Source: an uncultured Gemmatimonadales bacterium
GTDB lineage: Bacteria; Gemmatimonadota; Gemmatimonadetes; Longimicrobiales; Gaopeijiaceae
Assembly (NCBI GenBank): GCA_963809895.1
Contig: CAWELD010000003.1
Span: 3,424,001 to 3,488,000, forward strand
Length of the DNA stretch: 64,000 nucleotides
Direction: 5' to 3'
Below are positions 44,911-53,421 of the stretch, piece by piece. Made by a program: the position numbers and the translations under genes. A model generated the notes under the pieces. It did no database searches and had not been told where the DNA came from. It worked only from the letters and a program-made list of their open reading frames with translations. The stretch's first letter is position 1; the number at the start of each line of letters is the position of its first letter.

Positions 44911-45366
44911 ATGAGCAACCTCGACACGGCGAAGGCCCTGTACGCTGCCTTCAACGCCCACAACATGCCCGGCATCCTCGAGCTCCTGGACCCGGACATC
45001 GAGTGGAACAGCTTCGGACCCGACTTCGCGCTCGCCATCGGACACTTCAAGGGCATCGACGGCGTCAAGGACTTCTTCGAGAAGCTGGTCGGGCCCGATA
45101 CCGGCCAGCAGGTCGACACCCTGTTCTATCCGATGCAGTACTTCGTGAGTCCAGAATCCATCCACGTGATGGGCATCGAGCAGGGCTACTTCACCGAGCG
45201 CGTGCTGGACGGCGCTGCCAACGGCGGACCGTTCAACAACAACTTCGACCACACCATCTGGTTCAACGAAGACGGCAAGATCGGCCGCTTCCGGGCCAAC
45301 TACAACCTGTCCCGCAAGGCTCCGCTGTTCTGGCCCAGCGACCCCGGCGTGCCCAAGGCACCCTGA
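44911..45366 (+). CDS. NTF2/SnoaL-like family protein
   Basis: 'SNLDTAKALYAAFNAHNMPGILELLDPDIEW...GIDGVKDFF...HTIWFNEDGKIGRF'. Confidence 0.8.
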   Translation: MSNLDTAKALYAAFNAHNMPGILELLDPDIEWNSFGPDFALAIGHFKGIDGVKDFFEKLVGPDTGQQVDTLFYPMQYFVSPESIHVMGIEQGYFTERVLDGAANGGPFNNNFDHTIWFNEDGKIGRFRANYNLSRKAPLFWPSDPGVPKAP

Positions 45367-45383
45367 GGCTGCGCGGGACCGTG

Positions 45384-45419
45384 GCAGCCCGTGGCAGTAT
45401 TCTGGCTGCCACGGGCTGC
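45384..45419. terminator. perfect 14-bp hairpin downstream of the SnoaL gene (terminator- or REP-like)
   Basis: GCAGCCCGTGGCAG-tattctgg-CTGCCACGGGCTGC; no U-tract. Confidence 0.4.
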
Positions 45420-45460
45420 GAGCCCGGGATCGTCACCTGTCACCTGGAGGACCGAAGGTC

Positions 45461-45892
45461 ATGGCATCCCTCGACGACGGCCGCGTGGAGCGCTGGCTGG
45501 AAGGCTACGTACGAACCCACGGCGGCGCGGCCGGCAGTGTCCACCTCCTCCGCGACGGCGACCTCCACCTGGAGGCCACCGTGAGGATTCCCGAGGTCGT
45601 GCGGAAGGCAGTCGCTGTGGTGCCGAAGGGCAAGGGGATGGCCGGGCTGGCGTGGGAACGTGGAGTGGCCGTCCAGACCTGCAACCTCCAGGAGGACTCG
45701 GCCGACGTGAAGCCGGGCGCCCGGGCCGTCGACGCCCATGCCGCCGTCGCCATCCCCGTGGGCGACCCCACCGGCGCCTTCTTCGGCGTCGTGGGGATCG
45801 CCTTCATGGAGGAGGGCGAGCTCCCGGCCGCACGCGTGCGTGACCTGTCCACCGCAGCCGCCGGCCTGGAAGGAGTGGCAGCCTCGGGATAG
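45461..45892 (+). CDS. stand-alone GAF domain protein
   Basis: 'VPKGKGMAGLAWERGVAVQTCNL...AAVAIPV..GVVGIAF'. Confidence 0.8.
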   Translation: MASLDDGRVERWLEGYVRTHGGAAGSVHLLRDGDLHLEATVRIPEVVRKAVAVVPKGKGMAGLAWERGVAVQTCNLQEDSADVKPGARAVDAHAAVAIPVGDPTGAFFGVVGIAFMEEGELPAARVRDLSTAAAGLEGVAASG

Positions 45893-45906
45893 CCAGGCGC
45901 GCCTGG

Positions 45907-48006
45907 CTACTCGGCCACCACCTTGCGCTCACTCCCGGGCTGTTGCTGCTGCGCGATCCAGTCGAGCAGGAGCTGGACCTTCGCCGGCGACATGGTGCGC
46001 GTCACCGGCATGTTGAAGGTCGTGTAGAAGCCCGGCTCGTCCGGCTTGTGGAGCCGCTGCTTGATCTGGTCGGCGTAGCGCAGAATGGAGCTCGGCAGGT
46101 TGAGCGGGATGATGGTCGACATGAACGGGAACAGCACGTAGTAGTAGCGCAGCACGTTCTCGTAGACGTCATCCCACTGCAGATCGCCTGCCTGGTGCAG
46201 GTGCGAGAAGTCGTCGTCCGTGTAGATGCGGATGGTGGTGTAGTTGGCCGTGCTCCATTCCGGAACGCTCGGTCCCCACACCTGGTCGTCGAACTGGAAG
46301 TTGAGGATCGCCGCACCGCTGGCCTGCGGCTTCACGGTGACGGTCATCCAGTCCGTCGAGCCCGCCTGGTAGGTGATGGAGGCCGGGTACGCCAGCCGAT
46401 GATCGGTGGCCGGCCGCACCTGTGTGGTCTGGTTGGGCCGGAACCCGTTACTGCAGCCCGAGTTGGGGCTGGAATCCACCTGAATGATGTTGCAGTACTC
46501 CTGCGGCAGGATGACGACGTCGCTGCTGGGAGGGCCGCCGCGCTCGTAGACCCGAAGCCGGAGGGGGACCTCCGCGGCGCTGGGGGCGACGTATGCGCTG
46601 CGATCGTCGACGACCACCCTGAGCACCTCTTCCTGGACCAGCGTCGTGCCGGCGTTGAGGCGGCTCCCGGTCTTTCCGCGGATCACCAGCGTGCCCGCGG
46701 CGATGTCGGCATAGAGTGACGAATCGTATGCCACGTCCTGGATGCCACCCAGCAGCTCGAAGGTGTCGTAATCGTCGAGCCCATAATCGATGTCCGCGAT
46801 GTGGACCGGGTCTCCGCCGGAGGCCGGGATGTACGCCAACTCCAACTCGCCCACGTCGGCCTTGACCTTCGCCTTGTCGAATCCTGGTGGCGGGTCCAGG
46901 GGGTTGCGGCCCGACGCGGGGCCGTCGGGGTTGCGGAACCCGTACTTCGGAAATGCGCTCACCATGTCCAGGGAGATGTACGCGGGGGACTCTCGCACCA
47001 GGGCGACGACGTTGCCGACGAGAGACGGCGGCCCCTCCCACGGCGTCTCGGCCTTCGGCACCTCCACGCGATCTCCGCCCCCCGGCGGAGCCCAGTACAT
47101 GTCCGGTCGGGGGTAGGGACTCACGAGCTTCCGTCCCGCGGGCTCGGTGCGCGGCTCGTCCTCGTCCCAGACCCCCAGCGTACCGACGAGGTAGCCGTAA
47201 GCCGGGTTCTGCATCCCCTGGCCCTTGGCGAAGATGGCCGCCAGGTCCTGGTCCGTGATGGCCGGCTCCACTTCGAAGATCCGGAAGCGGACCGCCAGCC
47301 CCGCGCCGTCCTGAGCCTGGGCCATGAGGTCCTTCACCGGACCCGCGTGGGCAGCGGACACGTCGGGGAGCGCATCGGCGGGCACGGCGAACTGCATCAT
47401 GGCGCCGATCCCCACGAAGTTCTGCTGGCCCCCGTATCCGTTCGGGGCCACCGTGCTGCTGAAGTTCAGCCAATCCTGAAATGCGCGGGTGTCGTGGTCC
47501 ACGGTCATGATCGTGGTGCTCTGCCCTTCGAGCTCGACGCTGATCTCGAAGCCGCCGATCCAGAGCTGTGTGGTCACCAGCCCGGTGGGATCCACGTCCA
47601 CCAGCACCGGATCCGCCCTCCGGAACGAACCGTCGCCCTTCGACCCCAGCAGCTTGAACTTCAGGCCCTTCAGCCCCGGGTTGTCCTTCACGGTCTGCAC
47701 GATGCCGGGCTCCACCACCACCGATGTGAAGAAGCAGTCGTCGAAGTTGGTGGAGTGGTCTCCGAAGACGTTCCAGCCCCCGCGAACGAACGGATAGCAC
47801 TTGTTCGCTGCCTCGTAGTTCGCCATGTCCGCGCCTTGGCGCAGATACGTGAGGATGTCGTCGTCGGACATGCCCGCGACGGAGGAGCCCAGGGTGTTGG
47901 TGTCCCGGTTCACCACGTCGGGCATGACGTCGTCGTTGTTGCAGGTACAGGGATTGGTCCGGAAGATTCCGGCGAAGTTCATGCGGGGCCACGACAGCAC
48001 GCTCAT
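45907..48006 (-). CDS. VioB/RebD/StaD-like protein (N-terminal ~700 aa only, no ferritin-like domain)
   Basis: Collinear motifs matching VioB as recalled: MSVLSWPRMNFAG, GWNVFGD, VDVDPT..QLWIGGF, QFAVP, LVGTLGVW..EPRTEPAGRKL, VYENVLRYYYVLFPFM, MPVTRTMSPAKVQLL. ATG overlaps the upstream stop (ATGA); GGGAGGGG RBS. Confidence 0.7.
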   Translation of the reverse strand: MSVLSWPRMNFAGIFRTNPCTCNNDDVMPDVVNRDTNTLGSSVAGMSDDDILTYLRQGADMANYEAANKCYPFVRGGWNVFGDHSTNFDDCFFTSVVVEPGIVQTVKDNPGLKGLKFKLLGSKGDGSFRRADPVLVDVDPTGLVTTQLWIGGFEISVELEGQSTTIMTVDHDTRAFQDWLNFSSTVAPNGYGGQQNFVGIGAMMQFAVPADALPDVSAAHAGPVKDLMAQAQDGAGLAVRFRIFEVEPAITDQDLAAIFAKGQGMQNPAYGYLVGTLGVWDEDEPRTEPAGRKLVSPYPRPDMYWAPPGGGDRVEVPKAETPWEGPPSLVGNVVALVRESPAYISLDMVSAFPKYGFRNPDGPASGRNPLDPPPGFDKAKVKADVGELELAYIPASGGDPVHIADIDYGLDDYDTFELLGGIQDVAYDSSLYADIAAGTLVIRGKTGSRLNAGTTLVQEEVLRVVVDDRSAYVAPSAAEVPLRLRVYERGGPPSSDVVILPQEYCNIIQVDSSPNSGCSNGFRPNQTTQVRPATDHRLAYPASITYQAGSTDWMTVTVKPQASGAAILNFQFDDQVWGPSVPEWSTANYTTIRIYTDDDFSHLHQAGDLQWDDVYENVLRYYYVLFPFMSTIIPLNLPSSILRYADQIKQRLHKPDEPGFYTTFNMPVTRTMSPAKVQLLLDWIAQQQQPGSERKVVAE

Positions 48007-49274
48007 CGCTCCCCTCCCGTCGCCGACTTGGCTTCGGCGAGCATGTAGCTGAAGTCCGAAGGCTTGCGGTTGTCGGCGGTCCTCGCCGAGTAGTGGCACC
48101 CGACGCAACTGCTCGACCGCACGTAGGTCTCCATGGTGGTGTTCGCGTTGAGGAAGGGGTTCGGGCTCCCGTACGGAGCCTGCTCCGGCCGCGCGGGCCA
48201 CTGGATGTCCACCAGCTCGTAGTATTGCCACACCGAGCCCGCCACGGCCGCGGCCAGTGCCTGCTGCCACAGGGGATTGGCCGTCTGGGCATCGGAGCCG
48301 ATGTCGATGAGCCTGGTCGCCTGCGTCGGGGTCGACGGATCTCGCCCCTGTTCGGTGCTCTGGTTCGGCGGGCAACTGTCACAGGCCGGATCGTTGAACG
48401 AGTACGGATAGGCCCCGGCGTTCTCGGTGCCGAACGGGGGCACGTTGTCCACCTGCTCGAAGGTCGCCCAGGTCCACTGTGGCCTGGACGGGGTCTTCTG
48501 CGCGATGTGGAGTCCCACCAGCCCCATCAGCGCCTGGCGGCAGGTGGCCGGGCCGTTGACGGACGGCGGATCGTAGATCCAGGCGGTACGCTGGTAGAAG
48601 CGCGCCTTGGCATCGGGAGAGTCGGCATCGGTGAGCTCTCGCCACGCCGCCTTGGTCTCCACCACACCGTCCCCGAAGTCGATGCTTCCGAAAGCCTGCT
48701 GTCCCTGCACGTTGTACAGGGTGTTGTCGACGATGTAGTCGAAGCTGGTCTCGTTGAAGGTGATGTCGAAGCGGGCGAGGTTGCCGTGCTGATCGGTCAG
48801 CGTGCCCCCGACGGCCTGATCCACGCTGGCGAACACCGGATTGGACGGGTCGTCGGGTGCCTTCGACGTACGATAGAGCACCAGCGCACCCGCACCCGCG
48901 CCGGCACTGCCGCACGCCGGCGGAAGTGTCCCGCCCGACGCTCCCCAACCGGGCGGTGTGGCACCGTCGGGCAAGAAGACCTCTGCGGGGTGTTTCCACG
49001 TGTCCCGCACCGTGACACCTGCCTCACCGATGGTCCTGGTGGTGTCCGGCACTCCGCGCTGCCCGGCGACGGCCGGCCAGTTCACCGCGACGAACGAGCG
49101 CCAGGCGAACGCGACGGCATCGGCCTGACTCGGGCTCGTCGGGAGATCCGTGGGCATGTCGGGGCTCAGCGTGACGCCGGACTCGCCGGCGCTCGGAGGT
49201 GCCGGGGGAGCCGCAGACGTGCACTGGGCACAGAACAGGACGGCGGCCATCACGGCGAGGGGACGGCGGGGCAT
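48003..49274 (-). CDS. exported protein with C-terminal CxxCH (uncharacterised cytochrome c family)
   Basis: Signal/lipoprotein-like N-terminus 'MPRRPLAVMAAVLFCAQC'; 'FAWRSFVAVNWP', 'GLVGLHIAQKT', 'WTWATFEQVDN', 'ANTTMETYVRSSSCVGCH'. Confidence 0.72.
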   Translation of the reverse strand: MPRRPLAVMAAVLFCAQCTSAAPPAPPSAGESGVTLSPDMPTDLPTSPSQADAVAFAWRSFVAVNWPAVAGQRGVPDTTRTIGEAGVTVRDTWKHPAEVFLPDGATPPGWGASGGTLPPACGSAGAGAGALVLYRTSKAPDDPSNPVFASVDQAVGGTLTDQHGNLARFDITFNETSFDYIVDNTLYNVQGQQAFGSIDFGDGVVETKAAWRELTDADSPDAKARFYQRTAWIYDPPSVNGPATCRQALMGLVGLHIAQKTPSRPQWTWATFEQVDNVPPFGTENAGAYPYSFNDPACDSCPPNQSTEQGRDPSTPTQATRLIDIGSDAQTANPLWQQALAAAVAGSVWQYYELVDIQWPARPEQAPYGSPNPFLNANTTMETYVRSSSCVGCHYSARTADNRKPSDFSYMLAEAKSATGGER

Positions 49275-49457
49275 CGCGATGCACCTGATCAGGAGGGTAG
49301 GTGCCCCCCGGCCGCAATCAGGTCGCGGATTCGGGGCGGAAAGGTAGCAGCGACAATGGTTCCAGACCCCGGACGACCGCAAGGAACTCCTGAATCCGGC
49401 GACGAGCCACGTGCGGCCCGGCAGCGGCCCGCCACGGGCGAATCTCGCTTCCAACCC

Positions 49458-50537
49458 TCAGCGCTCGTACATCCCAGCTGCCGCCGTGAACCCGGTCTGC
49501 TCTTCCTGGGTGTCGAACCACTCGATGCGGAGCTTCTCGTCGGCCAGCACCTGGACCAGCACGCCACCGAGGGGCTTGTCCAGATCCGGGCTTCCGTCGC
49601 GGGCCGCCGCCCACAGCGGGACCCACACCCTGCCGCTGTCGGGCGTGATGTCTTCCCAACGCGGCGAATCCGGTCCCACCACGGCGATGTCCATCACCGC
49701 CAGGAACCAGCCCACCTTGGAGACGATGCGGACGTCGTCCCGCTCCTGGAGCGGGCCAAGGAAGACGCTGTTCTCCTCGTAGGCCGGCGTGAACGAGTCG
49801 TCGTAAGGCGTGCCCTCCAGGAACCAGCCGCCCGCCGCGGTGCCGGCCACGTCGAAGGTGATCCGGCCCAGGGGGTCCGACATGGTGCTCACGCGGTCGA
49901 TGAGCTGCGAGCGCAGAGGCTCGGCGTACTGGGCGATGGGGCTTTCGCTGTGCAGGTAGGCCGGCACGTTCCGGAAGCGCTCCGGATTGATGAAGCTGTG
50001 CGGCTCCAGATGGTAGTCCGTAACGCCGAAATCGAAGGCGAAGTCGGTGTGCATCACGGCGATGGTGTCCCCCGCATCCACCGTATCCCCTCGTTCCAGG
50101 CCCGCGGTCGGCGTCACGTGATTGAAGGCGGCATAGAGTCCCGGCGGACCCTCCACCGTGATCCCCCCGTCCTCCGCCGGCTCCACGCTGAAGATCGTCC
50201 CACTCACCGGAGCGCGGATGGCCAGATGCTCGCGCACGCACGGCCGATCCACGGGCAGCAGCCACTCGGTGTCGCAGGTGTACCAGTAGGTGTGGCCGAT
50301 GGGCAGAACCTTGCCGTCGGTGCCCAGGGGCGTGACCCGGGCCAGCTTGTCGAGCTCGACGGGAGTTACGGAGAAATGGGGGCCCGGACCCGGATCGGGA
50401 TACTGCTCCTGCCCCCCGGAATCACCCGTATCGCCGGGGTCGTCGGGAGCCGCGGGTGAGCCTCCACCGCCGCCGCAGGCGGTGAGTGCGAGGAGACCGA
50501 GCAACAGGCACTCCGCACGGGCACCGGAACGACGCAC
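49458..50537 (-). CDS. lipoprotein with peptidase-M23-like (duplicated hybrid) motifs
   Basis: Lipobox LTAC; 'IRAPVSGTIFSV', 'AFNHV', 'GDTVDAGDTIA'. Confidence 0.55.
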   Translation of the reverse strand: MRRSGARAECLLLGLLALTACGGGGGSPAAPDDPGDTGDSGGQEQYPDPGPGPHFSVTPVELDKLARVTPLGTDGKVLPIGHTYWYTCDTEWLLPVDRPCVREHLAIRAPVSGTIFSVEPAEDGGITVEGPPGLYAAFNHVTPTAGLERGDTVDAGDTIAVMHTDFAFDFGVTDYHLEPHSFINPERFRNVPAYLHSESPIAQYAEPLRSQLIDRVSTMSDPLGRITFDVAGTAAGGWFLEGTPYDDSFTPAYEENSVFLGPLQERDDVRIVSKVGWFLAVMDIAVVGPDSPRWEDITPDSGRVWVPLWAAARDGSPDLDKPLGGVLVQVLADEKLRIEWFDTQEEQTGFTAAAGMYER

Positions 50538-50558
50538 AACGCTCTCTCTTGCCGCCGC

Positions 50559-50885
50559 CTACAGCTGGAAGCCCGGCAGCACGTGGTAGATCACCACCAG
50601 GGCGCTCACCATGAACATGGCCAGCACCAGTCCGGCCAGAAACACGCCGGAGAAGATCTTGGAATCGAACCTGAGGTGCATGAAGAACATGACCACCAGA
50701 ATGAACTTTGCCGCCGACAGCGTGAGGAGCACCGGCACCTCCAGGGCGCCGAAGTCCATGTAGTAGACCGCCACCTCCATCCCGGTGATCACGGCCAGGA
50801 TGATGCCGATCATCCAGTAGAACCCGGGCGACGCGTGACCGCCGTGCTCCTCGCCGTGTCCGTGCTGCTCCACCTGACTCGACAT
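50559..50885 (-). CDS. cytochrome c oxidase subunit IV family protein
   Basis: 'AKFILVVMFFMHLRFD'; 3 TM segments; last gene of the cox operon. Confidence 0.88.
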   Translation of the reverse strand: MSSQVEQHGHGEEHGGHASPGFYWMIGIILAVITGMEVAVYYMDFGALEVPVLLTLSAAKFILVVMFFMHLRFDSKIFSGVFLAGLVLAMFMVSALVVIYHVLPGFQL

Positions 50886-50898
50886 GGTTCCTCCGCTC

Positions 50899-51501
50899 CT
50901 ACTGGATGAGATAGACCAGCACGAAGATCACGATCCAGACGATGTCCACGAAGTGCCAGTACAGCCCCGCGATCTCGACGTTCAGCGCCTTGGCGGGCGG
51001 CAGCTTACCGCGGAGAGCCATGATCAGCAGCGTGGTCATCCAGATCACGCCCACGGTCACATGGGCGCCGTGGAAGCCCGTGAGGACGAAGAAGGACGAT
51101 CCGAAGAGGTTCTCGGGAATCGTCAGCCCCTCGCGCACGAAGTGGGTGAACTCGTAGGCCTGGAAGCCCAGGAAGACGCCACCCAACACGATGACCATGG
51201 ACAGCCAGAACACGGCCAGCTTCTTCACGCCCTTCTGCACCCCGTCCAGCGCCAGCACCATGGCCAACGAGCTCATGAGGAGCACGAAGGTGCTGATGGT
51301 GGTGAGCGGGATGTTGAGGATCTCGTGGGTCGTGGGTCCCGTGACGCTCTGTCCCTTGTAGACCATGTAGGTCGAGATGAGCGTGCCGAAGAAGAGGCAT
51401 TCGGACCCGATGAAGGTCCAGAACCCGACCTTCCAGGAGTTCAGCCCGGTGGACGTGTAGTGGTGGTCGTCGTGCGCCACCGCTGCAGCAGCTTCAGCCA
51501 T
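50899..51501 (-). CDS. ctaE: cytochrome c oxidase subunit III
   Basis: 'FWTFIGSECLFFG', 'FFVLTGFHGAHV', 'GLYWHFVDIVWI'. Confidence 0.95.
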   Translation of the reverse strand: MAEAAAAVAHDDHHYTSTGLNSWKVGFWTFIGSECLFFGTLISTYMVYKGQSVTGPTTHEILNIPLTTISTFVLLMSSLAMVLALDGVQKGVKKLAVFWLSMVIVLGGVFLGFQAYEFTHFVREGLTIPENLFGSSFFVLTGFHGAHVTVGVIWMTTLLIMALRGKLPPAKALNVEIAGLYWHFVDIVWIVIFVLVYLIQ

Positions 51502-51557
51502 CTTTCTCCGGTCCGTTCATGCGTCGTGGGAGGGGAACGTCGTGGGCGGGGGCGCCG

Positions 51558-53405
51558 TCAGTGCCCGCCGGCCTTCGCGAAGGGATCCTGGAAGGCCCAC
51601 ATGTAGACCCCGAATCCGGTGAAGGCGAGACCGATGAGGGGCACCCACCAGATGCCGGTCATGACCAGGGCCCAGGTGAGCGCCACCCCGATACCCACCA
51701 CCAGCGGCCAGAACGAGTTGTTGGGCATCACGGGCTCCACCTCGGGCTCCACCAACGTCACCGCCTCGATGGACTTGCGCTCGTCTTCGTGCCACATGGG
51801 CTCGCGAGAGCGCACCTCGGGGAGCTTCGGGAAGTTGTAGTGATGCGGAGGAGACGGAATCGACCACTCGAGCGTTCCGGCGCCCCAGGGGTTGGCTCCG
51901 GCCGGTTTCCCGCTTCGCGCGCTCCGGATGACGTTGTAGAGCATCAGGAGCGTGCTCAGCGCCAGGATGAAGGCGCCGATGGTGGAGAGCTGGTTGAAGA
52001 TCTCCACGTTCAGATCGGCCCGATACGTCCAGGTGCGGCGGGGCATCCCGTACATCCCCGAGAAGTGCATGGGGAAGAAGGTCAGGTTGAAGCCGATGAG
52101 CGTGGTCCAGAAGTGGACCTTGCCCAGAGACTCGCTCATCATCCGGCCCGTGACCTTGGGGAACCAGTAGTACAGGCCGCTGAACATCCCCAGCAGGATC
52201 CCGCCCACGATCACGTAGTGGAAATGGGCCACCACGAAGTAGGAGTCGTGCTGCTGGAGATCCACCGGCGCCGAGGCGTGCATGACGCCGGACAGGCCGC
52301 CCACCGTGAACATGGCCACCAGACCCACCGCGAACAGCATGGCCGTGGTGTAGCGGATGGACCCGCCCCACATGGTGGCCATCCAGTTGAAGATCTTCAC
52401 CCCCGTGGGGATGGCGATGATCATGGTGGTGGCCACGAAGAAGGAGTCGGCGATGGGGCCGAGTCCCGCCGTGAACATGTGATGGCTCCACACGCCCCAG
52501 CCGATGAAGCCGATGAGCACGCCGGCGTAGACCACCACGGGATACCCGAAGAGTGGCTTGCGCGAGAAGGCGGGGATCACGTCCGAGATGACCCCGAAGG
52601 CGGGCAGCACCAGGATGTAGACTTCGGGGTGGCCGAAGATCCAGAACAGGTGCTGCCACAGCACCGGATCACCGCCGGCGGCGGCCTCGAAGAACTTGGC
52701 GGCGAAGAAGCGGTCGAAGGCCAGCAGAATGAGCGCCACCGCGATCACGGGCAGGGCCGTCACCAGGAGGAAGCTGGTCACCAGCGTCATCCAGGTGAAC
52801 AGGGGCATGCGCATGAGCTTCATGCCCGGAGCCCGCAGGTTCAGGATGGTGGTGATGAAGTTCACGCCACCCATGATCGAGCTCACGCCCAGGATCGAGA
52901 GGCCGATCACCCAGAAGTCCACGTGATGGCCCGGCGAGTAGGTCAGCGAGGTGAGGCTGGAATACCCGACCCAGCTCGTGTTGGGCGCATCGCCGAAGAA
53001 CCAGCTCGAGTTGAGGTAGAGCCCCCCGAACAGGTAGACCCAGTACGACAGCGCGTTCAGGCGCGGAAAGGCGACGTCACGGGCGCCGATCTGGAGCGGC
53101 ACGATGTAGTTGAAGAACGCCACCGCCATGGGCATGGCCACCAGGAAGATCATGGTGGTGCCGTGCATGGTGAACAGCTCGTTGTACGTCTGGGCCGAGA
53201 TGAAGTTGTTCTCGGGACGGAAGAGCTGGATGCGGATCATGAGCGCCTCGAGTCCTCCCACGAACAGGAAGAACACCGAGGTCAGGAAGTACATGACGCC
53301 GATCCGCTTGTGATCGACGGTCGTGATCCAGCTCCAGAGCCCGGTCTGCTCGTGATGGTGAGCGGCCTGGGCCGTGGGAGCGGCGGTGGTGCTGGCTACG
53401 GACAT
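51558..53405 (-). CDS. ctaD: cytochrome c oxidase subunit I (A1 type)
   Basis: 'DHKRIG', 'TMHGT', 'FGHPEVY' (A1 signature), 'WSHHM', 'VVAHFHY'. Confidence 0.97.
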   Translation of the reverse strand: MSVASTTAAPTAQAAHHHEQTGLWSWITTVDHKRIGVMYFLTSVFFLFVGGLEALMIRIQLFRPENNFISAQTYNELFTMHGTTMIFLVAMPMAVAFFNYIVPLQIGARDVAFPRLNALSYWVYLFGGLYLNSSWFFGDAPNTSWVGYSSLTSLTYSPGHHVDFWVIGLSILGVSSIMGGVNFITTILNLRAPGMKLMRMPLFTWMTLVTSFLLVTALPVIAVALILLAFDRFFAAKFFEAAAGGDPVLWQHLFWIFGHPEVYILVLPAFGVISDVIPAFSRKPLFGYPVVVYAGVLIGFIGWGVWSHHMFTAGLGPIADSFFVATTMIIAIPTGVKIFNWMATMWGGSIRYTTAMLFAVGLVAMFTVGGLSGVMHASAPVDLQQHDSYFVVAHFHYVIVGGILLGMFSGLYYWFPKVTGRMMSESLGKVHFWTTLIGFNLTFFPMHFSGMYGMPRRTWTYRADLNVEIFNQLSTIGAFILALSTLLMLYNVIRSARSGKPAGANPWGAGTLEWSIPSPPHHYNFPKLPEVRSREPMWHEDERKSIEAVTLVEPEVEPVMPNNSFWPLVVGIGVALTWALVMTGIWWVPLIGLAFTGFGVYMWAFQDPFAKAGGH

Positions 53406-53421
53406 GTGGCTCTGATCCCCG

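Noticed and set aside
45907..48006. Calling a violacein/rebeccamycin biosynthetic cluster (vioB)
   Set aside because: The protein lacks the C-terminal domain and no vioA/C/D/E or reb/sta genes are in the window, so no gene symbol was assigned.
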